Assembly (NCBI RefSeq): GCF_000007225.1
Contig: NC_003364.1
Coordinates: 1,830,001-1,862,000 of the forward strand
Source: Pyrobaculum aerophilum str. IM2
GTDB lineage: Archaea; Thermoproteota; Thermoprotei; Thermoproteales; Thermoproteaceae
Length of the DNA stretch: 32,000 bases
Reading direction: 5' to 3'
The notes beneath the pieces are model-generated. The model made no database searches and was not told where the DNA came from. It worked only from the letters and a program-made list of their open reading frames with translations. The position numbers and the translations under genes are program-made. Positions 23,256 through 32,000 of the stretch are shown in pieces; positions within the stretch are counted from its first letter, which is position 1, and every line of letters starts with the position of its first letter.

Positions 23256-24137
23256 TCAAACAGTATAGATCTTCCGCCGGGGATCCGTCGGGTCTAACAT
23301 GGCCTTTACAAGCCCCATTTCTCTAAGCCTTTTCAGCGCATTCCGCACGGTCCTTTGCGACAGTTTCGTCACGGCTGAGATCTCCGCCACAGTTAAGGGG
23401 CCCCGCTCGGCTAGGACTTTTCTAATGAGCTGGGCGCTGGCGGGCATTTTAGCTCCGCTTGGAATCGCCCTTTCTCTTACGAGCAATTTGGCCCTTCCCC
23501 ATGCGCGTATTGTCACGCTACCCCCGGCGTCAATTTCTACAACGCCATCTCCAATGGCGACAGGGCGGGCTCTGCTTTTAATATCTCTTATCTCCACTAC
23601 CGACTCCTGGGGAATTACGTAGGGCTTTCTGCCCATGGCCGAGTTCACCGGGACTATTACAATTACTCTCGACCGCACATCCACTATGGGCCCGCCGGCC
23701 GATAAGGCGTAGGCAGTGGAGCCCAGCGGAGTGGCTATTAATACGCCGTCGCTTAAATCGTTAAATAAAAAAGTCCCGTCGACATAAAGGGAGTATTTTA
23801 AAAACGTCGCCGATTTTTCGGGAAATATGGCTATTTCGTTAACCCCCACCACGTGGCCGTGAGGAGATTCAGCCCTTAGCCTTGGTATTTCCACCGCTCT
23901 ACACTTAATGCTTGTCAAACTCGGCAATTCGCGGAGATCTAGTGCAGCCAGTTTAACGTCGAGCCCCGGCGGGGAGATTCCGACGACGACTTTGTCAGAC
24001 TCCCGCAGTGCTCTTAAGATGTCTCTGTCGCGGCCATATACGGCGAAAACCTCTGCGTCTTCTCTCACGGGTATTCCATATTTCTCCAGCCACTCCATTA
24101 AAACCGGGCTGTCGGTGGAGACCTCGTTAAAACACAT
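23256..24137 (-). CDS. nadK: NAD kinase-like protein with a divergent GGDGT motif, fused to a C-terminal winged helix-turn-helix domain
   Basis: NADK blocks VNEIAIF and DGVLIATPLGSTAYALSAGGPIVD are present. The GGDGT position reads GRDRD. The last 65 or so aa (PLTVAEISAVTKLSQRTVRNALKRLREMGLVKAMLDPTDPRRKIYTV) form a textbook wHTH. Confidence 0.8.
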   Translation of the reverse strand: MCFNEVSTDSPVLMEWLEKYGIPVREDAEVFAVYGRDRDILRALRESDKVVVGISPPGLDVKLAALDLRELPSLTSIKCRAVEIPRLRAESPHGHVVGVNEIAIFPEKSATFLKYSLYVDGTFLFNDLSDGVLIATPLGSTAYALSAGGPIVDVRSRVIVIVPVNSAMGRKPYVIPQESVVEIRDIKSRARPVAIGDGVVEIDAGGSVTIRAWGRAKLLVRERAIPSGAKMPASAQLIRKVLAERGPLTVAEISAVTKLSQRTVRNALKRLREMGLVKAMLDPTDPRRKIYTV

Positions 24138-24145
24138 CCAGGGCC

Positions 24146-24493
24146 TCAGCCGCGAACTGGTATTCTTATCTCCTCTTCCTTCACTTTCTTTGCAGTTATT
24201 ATTAAAACTCCATGTCTGTAAAGCGCAGTGGCAGTGGACGGGTCTATTTTAACCGGCAGGCGGATGAATTTGGAGTACTTCCTCTCCCCCCTGGCCCCCT
24301 CTGCGCGGAGGGCCGTGCCGTCTTTTGTGACGGAAAGGGCTATGTCGGCTGGCTCTAACCCCGGCATGTCTATTTCAATTCTCACCTCCTCTCCCTCTTC
24401 AGAAATGCGGTAGTCCCGTCTTTCCCTGAGATCGTCGACCATTTTCTGCAGAGACTTAGAAATCTCCTCCATGGCCTTTTTGAACTCCTCCAT
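24146..24493 (-). CDS. hsp20: Small heat-shock protein (Hsp20/alpha-crystallin family)
   Basis: The alpha-crystallin domain pattern is IEIDMPGLEPADIALSVTKDG-LRAEG...YSKFIRLPVKIDPSTATALYRHGVLIITAKK. The TATA box TTATAAAAA lies about 22 nt upstream. Confidence 0.85.
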   Translation of the reverse strand: MEEFKKAMEEISKSLQKMVDDLRERRDYRISEEGEEVRIEIDMPGLEPADIALSVTKDGTALRAEGARGERKYSKFIRLPVKIDPSTATALYRHGVLIITAKKVKEEEIRIPVRG

Positions 24494-24519
24494 GGCTTTA
24501 TCTTGGCGTGTTTTTATAA

Positions 24520-25410
24520 CTATTCTCTTCTAAACGGCTTGCCGAGAGCTCTGGGCGGCTTTGCGCGCCCGATTACACCCGCGACTATTAACAACGTTGC
24601 TATATATGGTATCATTCTCGTGACTTCATATCTGGCTATTCCCGTCGTCTGTAGCCAGTAGGATAGGGCGTCGAAGAAGCCGAATATATACGCCCCCGCT
24701 ATTGCCAGCAACGGGTTCCAATTGGCAAAAACCACATTGGCCAGGGCTATAAATCCCCTCCCCGCCGAGATTTCCTTTGTGACTACAGACAAGTAGGCTG
24801 TGCTGAGATAAGCCCCTGCAATTGCCGCAAGCGCGGAGCCCGCCATGCTGACAGTCAGCCTCACCTTGTTGACGTCTATCCCCATATTATATGCCGATTC
24901 TGGATCTTCTCCACACGCTCTTAAGACTATGCCGAGTCTAGTCTTAAATAACATGTACCATGCCACAACTGCGAGGATAATTGCAAATGCGGCTAGAACT
25001 AGGGGATCCGCCTTCGCCCAGTCTGGCACTTGTTTATAACCGGCAACGCCCCAATATGCCTGTATTCCATATGCAACGACGCCAGCCGCAAAGAGATTTA
25101 TGGCGACGCCGCTTATGATCTGGTCTCCGGCAAGATATGTGGAGATATAGCCGTGTATTAACCCTATCAACATCCCCACCACAGCTGATATAACAATGGC
25201 AACTACTGGCCACGCGGGGTCTGGCAAATACAGCCCAGCTCTGTACCGCAAGTAGTCAACAAAAAGGGGCCCCGACAAGGCCCCTAGCAACATTATGCCC
25301 TCTAGGCCTATATTGACCACTCCGCTTCTCTCGCTCAGTATTTCGCCTATTGAGGCGAGGAGGATCGGCACGGCGGCTAGAAGGGCTTGCGTTAGTAACA
25401 AATCTATCAT
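24520..25410 (-). CDS. ABC transporter permease (BMP/nucleoside-type system, second permease)
   Basis: It is a multi-TM protein of the branched sugar/nucleoside permease type, with a 4-nt overlap with the upstream permease. Confidence 0.8.
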   Translation of the reverse strand: MIDLLLTQALLAAVPILLASIGEILSERSGVVNIGLEGIMLLGALSGPLFVDYLRYRAGLYLPDPAWPVVAIVISAVVGMLIGLIHGYISTYLAGDQIISGVAINLFAAGVVAYGIQAYWGVAGYKQVPDWAKADPLVLAAFAIILAVVAWYMLFKTRLGIVLRACGEDPESAYNMGIDVNKVRLTVSMAGSALAAIAGAYLSTAYLSVVTKEISAGRGFIALANVVFANWNPLLAIAGAYIFGFFDALSYWLQTTGIARYEVTRMIPYIATLLIVAGVIGRAKPPRALGKPFRRE

Positions 25411-26414
25411 ATCTTCCTCAATATTTGCACTGCCAGTAGGAGTATTATAAGCCCTTGGATAACTCTGACGAATTCAAAGGGCGTGCCTGCCTCTATTTGC
25501 ATGTGGCGGGCCCCCTCTTGCATTACGCCGAGAAATATGGCCGCGAAAATCACGCCCAGTGGATGGCCCCTCCCCAGCATGGCCGCGGTTATGCCGTCAA
25601 AGCCGATGCCGTAGACGTTGGCCAGATTTCTCGTAAGGCTGTAAGAGGGGGGTCTCGCGACTACTTGTAAAATGCCGGCCAAGCCGGCCGTTAAGGCCCC
25701 AATTGCAAAGGCAATTAACACGGCCCTCTCGGGCTTAATACCGTAAGACTTAGCCGCTAGGGGGTTATGGCCGCTTACAGACATCCTATATCCCCAGACG
25801 CTGTACTTCAAGAAAACAAATATCACAGCCGCGGTTCCGTACGCCAACGGCACTGCCAGAGTGAAATCAGTCCCTGGTATTAGCGGCGTGAGCCGGGCGG
25901 CTTCAGGCATTTTAACCGACTCCTCTGGTTGCAGAGGATTTGACAACGCTGTAGATACGGCCATTATAACTATCCAGTAGGCAATCCAGTTCATCATTAT
26001 TGTGCTCACCACTTCGTTCACGCCGCGCCATAGTTTTAAAAGCGCGGGCAGAGCAGACCAGAGCACAGCCAGGGCGAGCCCCAGGCCGAAGGCCAGCGGT
26101 AGCGCGGCAACGTCTCTGGCCAGATAAGCGGCTATTACGGCCCCCAGCGCCCCCATGTACACCTGGCCCTCGGCTCCTATATTAAACAGCCCTGCCTTCA
26201 GCCCCACAGCGAAGGTAAGCCCTGTGAGGACAATCGGAGCCGAGAAGGCCAGCGCCGAGAGGGAGTATACGGGGTCTGAAAGCGGCGTGAGCAACATAGA
26301 TGAGTAAGAGGCTATGGGGCTGAAGCCCGAGATCCACATCACAATAGCGCCTATGAGAAATGCGAGTATTAGCGCAATAATGATATTCAGCGGGGAAAGC
26401 ACTTGCGCCCTCAT
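25407..26414 (-). CDS. ABC transporter permease (BMP/nucleoside-type system, first permease)
   Basis: It is a multi-TM protein containing FNIGAEGQVYMGALGA, typical of this permease family. It overlaps the ATPase gene by 4 nt. Confidence 0.8.
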   Translation of the reverse strand: MRAQVLSPLNIIIALILAFLIGAIVMWISGFSPIASYSSMLLTPLSDPVYSLSALAFSAPIVLTGLTFAVGLKAGLFNIGAEGQVYMGALGAVIAAYLARDVAALPLAFGLGLALAVLWSALPALLKLWRGVNEVVSTIMMNWIAYWIVIMAVSTALSNPLQPEESVKMPEAARLTPLIPGTDFTLAVPLAYGTAAVIFVFLKYSVWGYRMSVSGHNPLAAKSYGIKPERAVLIAFAIGALTAGLAGILQVVARPPSYSLTRNLANVYGIGFDGITAAMLGRGHPLGVIFAAIFLGVMQEGARHMQIEAGTPFEFVRVIQGLIILLLAVQILRKI

Positions 26415-27850
26415 AGCCCGGCCATTTTTCTGCCTACAGTGTCAATGTTCATTTCCTCAACGGGGCCTAGGGCAACGATTCTGCCTCTGTACATTACGGC
26501 GATAGTGTCGGCTAGTTTATAAGCCTCGTCTAAATCGCTTGTGACTAGCAATATGCCAGAACCTTCGTTTCTAGCCTTGATTAATAGGCGTTGGACATAC
26601 TCAGTAGTGGCCACGTCAAGTCCCCTCGTGGGCTGGTGCGCTATTATGAGCCTGGCCCCCCGGGCCAGCTCCCTAGCCACTACTAGTTTTTGTTGATTGC
26701 CGCCCGAAAGTTGCCTCACTGCTGCCCACGGGCTTGGGGTCACTATTCCGAATTCCTCGACCAGTTTTAAGGTGAAGCCCTCTGCCTTTTTCCACAAAAT
26801 AAATCCATATTTTGAAAAATAAGATTCCCTGCCCAGCACGGCGTTTTCAATTAAGTTCCTCTCGAGGAGAAGGGCCTTTTGGTGCCTATCATCAGGAATA
26901 TAGGCATAGCCGCCGTATATTCTGACATAGCCTTTATACTTCCTAACACCTACAATTGCGTCTACTAAATGCTCTTGGCCGTTTCCTTCAACGCCTACAA
27001 TTGCGAGTATTTCCCTCTCTCTCACCGTCAGGCTTACCCCCTGCACAACCGGCCTCTCTCCCTCATAAACCCAGAGATCTCTCACTTCTAAAACTTGCCT
27101 CTCTCCTGGCTGCCCCGCGCGGGCGACGCTTTCAACCTTCAATTCTCCAACCATTGCCTCCACTAGTTTTTTAGGCTCGTATGGAGGCGTGAACTCCGCC
27201 ACTTTTACGCCTCTCCTCAACACCGCCACTCTGTCGGCTATTTCCACCACTTCAGGTATTTTATGAGTTATGTAAACCACTGACTTGCCCTGTTCTTTTA
27301 ACCTCCTCACCACTTGGAATAGGGATTTCACCTCTGGGGGCGAGAGCACTGTGGTGGGCTCGTCAAGTATTAGCAAATTGGCTCCCAAATATAACGCTTT
27401 AACTATTTCCACGCGTTGCCTCACGCCTAGGGGGAGCTCCTCCACGTCTCTATCCCAATCAACTTCAAACCCCAGCTCCGCCGCTATTTTCTCAGCCCTC
27501 TCCCTCACGTCTCTTGTTATATATTTCAAACTGGCGCCCTCCGCCACGGCGATGTTTTCAATAGCGGTAAGCCCGGGGATAAGCGAGAAGTGTTGGTGGA
27601 CCATGGCTATCCCTGCCTTCTGAGCCTCCCGGGCGTTTTTAAACCTGACTTTTTTCCCGTCAATATAAATCTCGCCGGAGGTGGGCTTGTAGATCCCGGC
27701 GAGTATTTTCATAAGAGTTGTCTTCCCCGCCCCGTTTTCCCCAAGCAGAGCTAATACCTCACCGGGGCGGATGTCGAGAGACACGCCCTTAAGGGCATGC
27801 GTGCCGTCGGAAAAAACTTTGTGAATTTCTTTTAAAAAGACGTTCATCAA
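26411..27850 (-). CDS. ABC transporter ATP-binding protein with tandem nucleotide-binding domains
   Basis: Walker A is GENGAGKTT, the signature-like motif is LSGGNQQK, and Walker B is LLILDEPT. The second domain has the family-typical GVEGNGQEHL. Confidence 0.88.
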   Translation of the reverse strand: MMNVFLKEIHKVFSDGTHALKGVSLDIRPGEVLALLGENGAGKTTLMKILAGIYKPTSGEIYIDGKKVRFKNAREAQKAGIAMVHQHFSLIPGLTAIENIAVAEGASLKYITRDVRERAEKIAAELGFEVDWDRDVEELPLGVRQRVEIVKALYLGANLLILDEPTTVLSPPEVKSLFQVVRRLKEQGKSVVYITHKIPEVVEIADRVAVLRRGVKVAEFTPPYEPKKLVEAMVGELKVESVARAGQPGERQVLEVRDLWVYEGERPVVQGVSLTVREREILAIVGVEGNGQEHLVDAIVGVRKYKGYVRIYGGYAYIPDDRHQKALLLERNLIENAVLGRESYFSKYGFILWKKAEGFTLKLVEEFGIVTPSPWAAVRQLSGGNQQKLVVARELARGARLIIAHQPTRGLDVATTEYVQRLLIKARNEGSGILLVTSDLDEAYKLADTIAVMYRGRIVALGPVEEMNIDTVGRKMAGL

Positions 27851-29088
27851 CTGGCGACGCCGAGCCCGAGCTCTTTTCTAAGTTGGGCCACTTGATCTTG
27901 CGTTGTTGGCAGAGGCACTTGCTCCTTGCCGGCTATGATGTCTTGTTTTAGCTGATTTACTGCGTCCCACACCCAAGAGGGTATTTTAGATCTCATCTCC
28001 CTCACCGCGGCCACTATCTTATCGGCGTCCTCTTGTTTAACAGCGCCGGCCCTTACGCCGATTTGAATGAACTGCGCCAGATCGTCAAGTGTGCTCACAG
28101 AAACGCCGCCGTCTTTTAGGCCCAGCTCTAACACGCCGCCTTTAAACGTGCCCTCCACAGCCATTTTAGCCGCAGTGTAGACGCCTACGTCAACTCTTTT
28201 CATCATCGAGGCGAGTATGAACCCTGGCTTAATGTAATCTTGATCCGCATCAACGCCTATGGCAAAGGGCGGGCCCATGTTCCTGCCCGCCCTCTTCCCG
28301 GCCTCAGCCACGGCCTCAAACACTCCGAGCCCAGTGGCGCCGGCCGCTTGGTATATCACACAGACCCCCTGCGCCAACATAACCTCAGCCGCTTGTTTGC
28401 CCTTGGCAGGGTCATTAAACGAGCCTGTATATATGTATAGTATGTCGAACTTTACGTCTTTTCCGAATTTCTGCTTTATATAGCGCTCAGCCCACCTCAC
28501 GCCGTAGGCGTAGCCAATTTCAAACTTCCACAACACAGGTATTTCCATGCCTAACACTATGCCCACTTTAGTACAGTTGTAGTAATACGCCGTCAGGGCT
28601 GCCAAGGCGCCTACCAAGGCAGATCCCTCGTTTTCTTTATACAACACTGACAGTACATTCGGCCTGTCTGGTATGTACCCGTCAATAATCGCGAACTTTG
28701 CATTGGGGTATTCTTGAGAGACTTGCTTGACGGCGTCTGTCATTAAAAAGCCTACTGCGACAATTAAGACGGCGTCGCCCGATCTCGCAGCGGCTCTGAG
28801 ATTGGGCACGTAATCATCTTGCGTCTTGCTTTGAACCTCCTTTAGGCCTAAACCGAAATCCACAGAGGCCTTTGAGGCCCCGAGGTAGGCCATGTCGTTA
28901 AATGAGAGGTCGCCCCTTCCTCCTATATCATATATAACGTATATATTTCCCTTTGGAGGCGTCGCGGCGGTGGAGGTATTCTGCGAAGGCGTTGGTTTTT
29001 GTGCAGGGGGCTGTTGAAGCGCGACTAACGCCCCCACTATTGCTATAATTATCACAGCCGCTATTGCTATCCAAAGTTTCGCGCTCAT
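27847..29088 (-). CDS. BMP-family (PnrA/Med-like) substrate-binding protein, probably nucleoside-binding
   Basis: An N-terminal TM/signal anchor is followed by a Pro/Thr/Ser linker. DIGGRGDLSFNDMAYLG and the GVDADQ block are typical of the basic membrane protein family. Confidence 0.85.
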   Translation of the reverse strand: MSAKLWIAIAAVIIIAIVGALVALQQPPAQKPTPSQNTSTAATPPKGNIYVIYDIGGRGDLSFNDMAYLGASKASVDFGLGLKEVQSKTQDDYVPNLRAAARSGDAVLIVAVGFLMTDAVKQVSQEYPNAKFAIIDGYIPDRPNVLSVLYKENEGSALVGALAALTAYYYNCTKVGIVLGMEIPVLWKFEIGYAYGVRWAERYIKQKFGKDVKFDILYIYTGSFNDPAKGKQAAEVMLAQGVCVIYQAAGATGLGVFEAVAEAGKRAGRNMGPPFAIGVDADQDYIKPGFILASMMKRVDVGVYTAAKMAVEGTFKGGVLELGLKDGGVSVSTLDDLAQFIQIGVRAGAVKQEDADKIVAAVREMRSKIPSWVWDAVNQLKQDIIAGKEQVPLPTTQDQVAQLRKELGLGVAS

Positions 29089-29110
29089 GAGCCAAATTCG
29101 CCGAAGATTT

Positions 29111-29449
29111 TTATCTATTAAGTACCCTGGGGCGTATTACATATCCAAACACAGCGCCAAGGGTAAAAAACACGACCCAGAATATTACCCACAGCCAGGC
29201 GAATAGATGGAATATTGAAATAAATCGTGAAAGCCTTACGCCGTTAATAACCCCGTAATAAGCCAATACAACTGCCACTGGCACCAGCGCGGCCACAGGA
29301 GCAATAGCAACGCCCTGGCGTTTGTTAGTAAAATAGCCGTATATAACGCCGCCTATAAACGGTAACAACGCCGCGTTTAACTCATGCCACGGCGACGCTA
29401 TGCCTAAAAGCGGCACTAGGAGGCTTATATACCTAACCCACTTTGACAT
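29111..29449 (-). CDS. Small integral membrane protein (function unknown)
   Basis: 112 aa with 3-4 hydrophobic helices. Its start overlaps the 3' end of the acylase gene by 17 nt. Confidence 0.45.
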   Translation of the reverse strand: MSKWVRYISLLVPLLGIASPWHELNAALLPFIGGVIYGYFTNKRQGVAIAPVAALVPVAVVLAYYGVINGVRLSRFISIFHLFAWLWVIFWVVFFTLGAVFGYVIRPRVLNR

Positions 29450-31523
29450 ATTCGCCCCTTACCCACGGCATATACATTGCATCGTACAACGGACTTAGGG
29501 GATCTCCGTCTGGACCCCCTGGCAACATCATATAAACGCCGTCGCCAAAGGCCGCAATAAACCTCACGCTGGGGCCGTGAGAGACGTCAAACCCCGGCGC
29601 CACGTTAACAGTGAACCAATCCCCCGGGGCTTCTACTTTCTTATAGTTAAGCCCTGGAAACACACCTCCTAATACATGAGATATACTATACTTGTGTAAA
29701 TTACCCCAGGGAGTGTTAATTTTCAACGCCTCCTCGGCGGCTTTTTCAACAATAGATCTGTCTATAAGCCCTCTTTTAATTGCTACAAGCGTGATCTCAA
29801 AGGGCACAAACGTAATTGAGATATTGAACTTCCCCCACGCCAGTTTCTGTAAGTTGTATAGGAATACGGCATATCTCGCCGCAGTTATGGACTCAGCCGA
29901 CATTGAGCAGTCCCATTTGTTCAACTCGTTAAGAAGCTCCCTCCCCTTCTCTCCTCCATAGAGATCAAGCAACGTTCTCACGTCTCTACAAGAAATATCC
30001 ACGACATCCCTCTGGATATCCATTACATCTTTAACAGATATTTTACCACGGGCCGCTTTTTGGGCTATTAGTTCCATAATTCTGTCGTGTCTATAACGGT
30101 CAGCCCATCTCCACTGGAGGTAAATATTCGCATCCGCAATTTTATTGTTCGCAGTGGCGAGGTAAGGCGGATTTACGTAGTAGAGCACTGAAGGCAGCCA
30201 CACAAAACCCCTCCATTCCCCCTCTCCCTTAGATCCGTTAAAGGGCAGGTAACCCCCCTCTCTTATAGGGAAATAGCCGTTGGCGAAATACGCCACTACG
30301 CCATATCTGTCAGCGTAGACGGTGTTTTGACTGGGCGTGACGAAGTACTTAAGCCCGTTGAGAAACTCAGTGAGATTCCTCGCCTTATTCATGTAGTAAA
30401 GCGCGAGGGCCTCTAAGGTCACGTTATTGCCAAGCCACTTCATGGAATACTTCTGCCCTTTGTATTCAATAACTGGGCCGTGTACTGTTTCTAAAACCTC
30501 TAGGCTCCTCTCCGCACATCTGTTATTCAAATCGCATATCTTAATCTTCTCAACACGCCTATTGGCATCTAGCCAAGTTCCGTTATAATAATACCTAGTG
30601 CCGTTCCAGACGTAGAAATAGTAATCTATTACGTCAACGCCTGTATTAGTAAAGCCCCACGCCACATATCCATTAGTCCCTATGACTACTACAGGCGCGC
30701 CTGGAAAGGCCACGCCCATGACGGTGTAATTAGGCATTTCAACTCTCTGGAATATCCAGATAGGCGGGGCCGAAAGGGAGAGGTGGGGATCGTTGGCTAG
30801 TATTGGCATGCCTGTGGCGGTGAAATTCGGCGATATAATCCAGTTATTACTCCCCATCCCCAAAGGCGAGGTAAATGTTACTTTCCGCGGCAAAATGGGA
30901 GTATTCCCCTCTCTCGCAAGAGCTATCTCGAGAAACTGCGGCCCCAACGCCTCTACAAGAGCTTTGAGCTCAATATCGTCCTCCCCTCCGCTGAGAGACC
31001 ACGCCACAAGCTTTGCAATAGCTAACGTGTCAACGGGGCTCCACGGCTCGGGGCTCTTGCCTAGAATTAAATACTCCACTATCGGCGGGCGGGAGGCCAA
31101 AAAGTCGTTAACGCCGCGCGCATACTCTTCAATAAGCTCGGCGTATTGGGGATAATTCCGCTTTATATACTCCCACGTGCGCTCGGCGGATATGTACAGG
31201 CCCCTGGTCCTAAAATAAACGTCTGTATCAAACGCCGCCTCGCCTAATAGTTCTGACAACTTGCCCTCTGCCACTCTTCTCATTACGTCCATTTGGAAAA
31301 AACGATAATACGCGTGGGCGTATCCCAATTTGTAAAAAGCCTCTTTCTCGTCCCCGGCCTTTATTACCAACGTATAGTTTACCAAAGGCGCCGGCGGCGC
31401 GGGGCGCGCCACTGCTTTTAAAGGCCCCTGGAACGGATCAGCCAGTCTGAAAAAATAGGGGGGAGTTAGAAAAATAACAAAGGCAACTAGAAAAAGGATT
31501 AAAACTGCAACTAGCCACTTCAT
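29433..31523 (-). CDS. Penicillin amidase/acylase family protein (peptidase S45, Ntn hydrolase), N-terminally membrane-anchored
   Basis: An N-terminal hydrophobic anchor is present. The processing/nucleophile motif GMGSNNWIISP is followed by PILANDPHL. The length and W/Y-rich composition are typical of the S45 family. Confidence 0.85.
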   Translation of the reverse strand: MKWLVAVLILFLVAFVIFLTPPYFFRLADPFQGPLKAVARPAPPAPLVNYTLVIKAGDEKEAFYKLGYAHAYYRFFQMDVMRRVAEGKLSELLGEAAFDTDVYFRTRGLYISAERTWEYIKRNYPQYAELIEEYARGVNDFLASRPPIVEYLILGKSPEPWSPVDTLAIAKLVAWSLSGGEDDIELKALVEALGPQFLEIALAREGNTPILPRKVTFTSPLGMGSNNWIISPNFTATGMPILANDPHLSLSAPPIWIFQRVEMPNYTVMGVAFPGAPVVVIGTNGYVAWGFTNTGVDVIDYYFYVWNGTRYYYNGTWLDANRRVEKIKICDLNNRCAERSLEVLETVHGPVIEYKGQKYSMKWLGNNVTLEALALYYMNKARNLTEFLNGLKYFVTPSQNTVYADRYGVVAYFANGYFPIREGGYLPFNGSKGEGEWRGFVWLPSVLYYVNPPYLATANNKIADANIYLQWRWADRYRHDRIMELIAQKAARGKISVKDVMDIQRDVVDISCRDVRTLLDLYGGEKGRELLNELNKWDCSMSAESITAARYAVFLYNLQKLAWGKFNISITFVPFEITLVAIKRGLIDRSIVEKAAEEALKINTPWGNLHKYSISHVLGGVFPGLNYKKVEAPGDWFTVNVAPGFDVSHGPSVRFIAAFGDGVYMMLPGGPDGDPLSPLYDAMYMPWVRGEYVKVG

Positions 31524-31603
31524 AAGTATTTAACCCAAGATGTTTTTAAGGATTAATGACGACGCTTACAAGGTCGGAAAAGTGAAGAGGGCTGAGCGGC
31601 TGA

Positions 31604-31990
31604 TTAACCTCTACACTTAATTAAATATTTGTATGTGAGAAAAAAGGCCGTTGCGAGAATGGCATACCTCACGTAATTCGCCGCAGTGCGCGTAGGTATA
31701 TCTCCTAGCAACTGGAGATATTCTGGGGACAACGCCGTGCCTATTGAAAACTGTAATCCAAACGCCGTGATATTGCCGCCAATAATCCCCCCGAATGCTT
31801 TAACTAGACCCCTAAATTTTTCACACTTATAAGCCCGCCATAATGGCATGAAAATGAGATACCAAAATACTGCGATAATTGCCGGAATTACGGCAAGTAA
31901 GGCGATTTCCAACGGCCCAATGCCGGCAATATACAAGACGGTGCTTATTAACGCCGCCCTCCAAATTCGCTTTCTGTGCAACGTCAGCAC
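31604..31990 (-). CDS. Integral membrane protein (function unknown). The frame stays open to the right window edge, so the true start may lie outside the window.
   Basis: 128-aa ORF with four hydrophobic segments. The GTG at 31990 is the first candidate start inside the window. Confidence 0.45.
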   Translation of the reverse strand: MLTLHRKRIWRAALISTVLYIAGIGPLEIALLAVIPAIIAVFWYLIFMPLWRAYKCEKFRGLVKAFGGIIGGNITAFGLQFSIGTALSPEYLQLLGDIPTRTAANYVRYAILATAFFLTYKYLIKCRG

Positions 31991-32000
31991 AATCCATGCC

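Noticed and set aside
26900-27050. Degenerate Walker A (GVEGNGQEHL) in the second ATPase domain as a sign of a pseudo-site
   Set aside because: From memory, a GNGQ-type second P-loop is normal for the tandem ATPases of BMP/nucleoside-type ABC importers. It is not unusual.

Overview
The window looks like a chromosomal segment from a hyperthermophilic crenarchaeon of the Thermoproteales type (Pyrobaculum/Thermoproteus-like). This rests on archaeal-specific ribosomal and translation genes (L31e, LX, P0, aIF6, Spt5), very tight gene packing, and a TATA-like box about 22-28 nt upstream of most start codons, which suggests leaderless mRNAs. I could not run any database search.

Most of the content is housekeeping:
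- Minus strand, left end: rps13-rps4 coupled to an isoaspartyl peptidase/asparaginase.
- Plus strand, 12.4-18.0 kb: the conserved block L31e-aIF6-LX-prefoldin alpha-FtsY-SecE-Spt5-L11-L1-P0. It is followed by mevalonate kinase, a small membrane protein and a nucleoside phosphorylase.
- Minus strand: a Dpp/Opp-type ABC importer without ATPase genes (2.4-7.5 kb, lower GC), a surface-anchored protein, tRNA-Ala(GGC), trpS, and a radical-SAM/HhH-GPD glycosylase pair.
- Minus strand, continued: a NAD cluster (nadA, a nadC-aspartate dehydrogenase fusion, and a NAD-kinase-like protein fused to a winged helix), hsp20, a BMP-type nucleoside ABC importer and a penicillin-acylase-family gene.

I saw no CRISPR array, transposase, integrase or recognisable defence genes.

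The items most worth a second look:
1. A 464-bp non-coding spacer (9081-9544) with hairpins and C/D-like boxes, a candidate for unannotated small RNA.
2. The NAD-kinase-like/wHTH fusion next to the NAD biosynthesis genes.
3. The translationally coupled radical-SAM plus DNA glycosylase pair.
4. The NadC-NadX fusion.

All of these are hypotheses from reading the sequence. None is verified.
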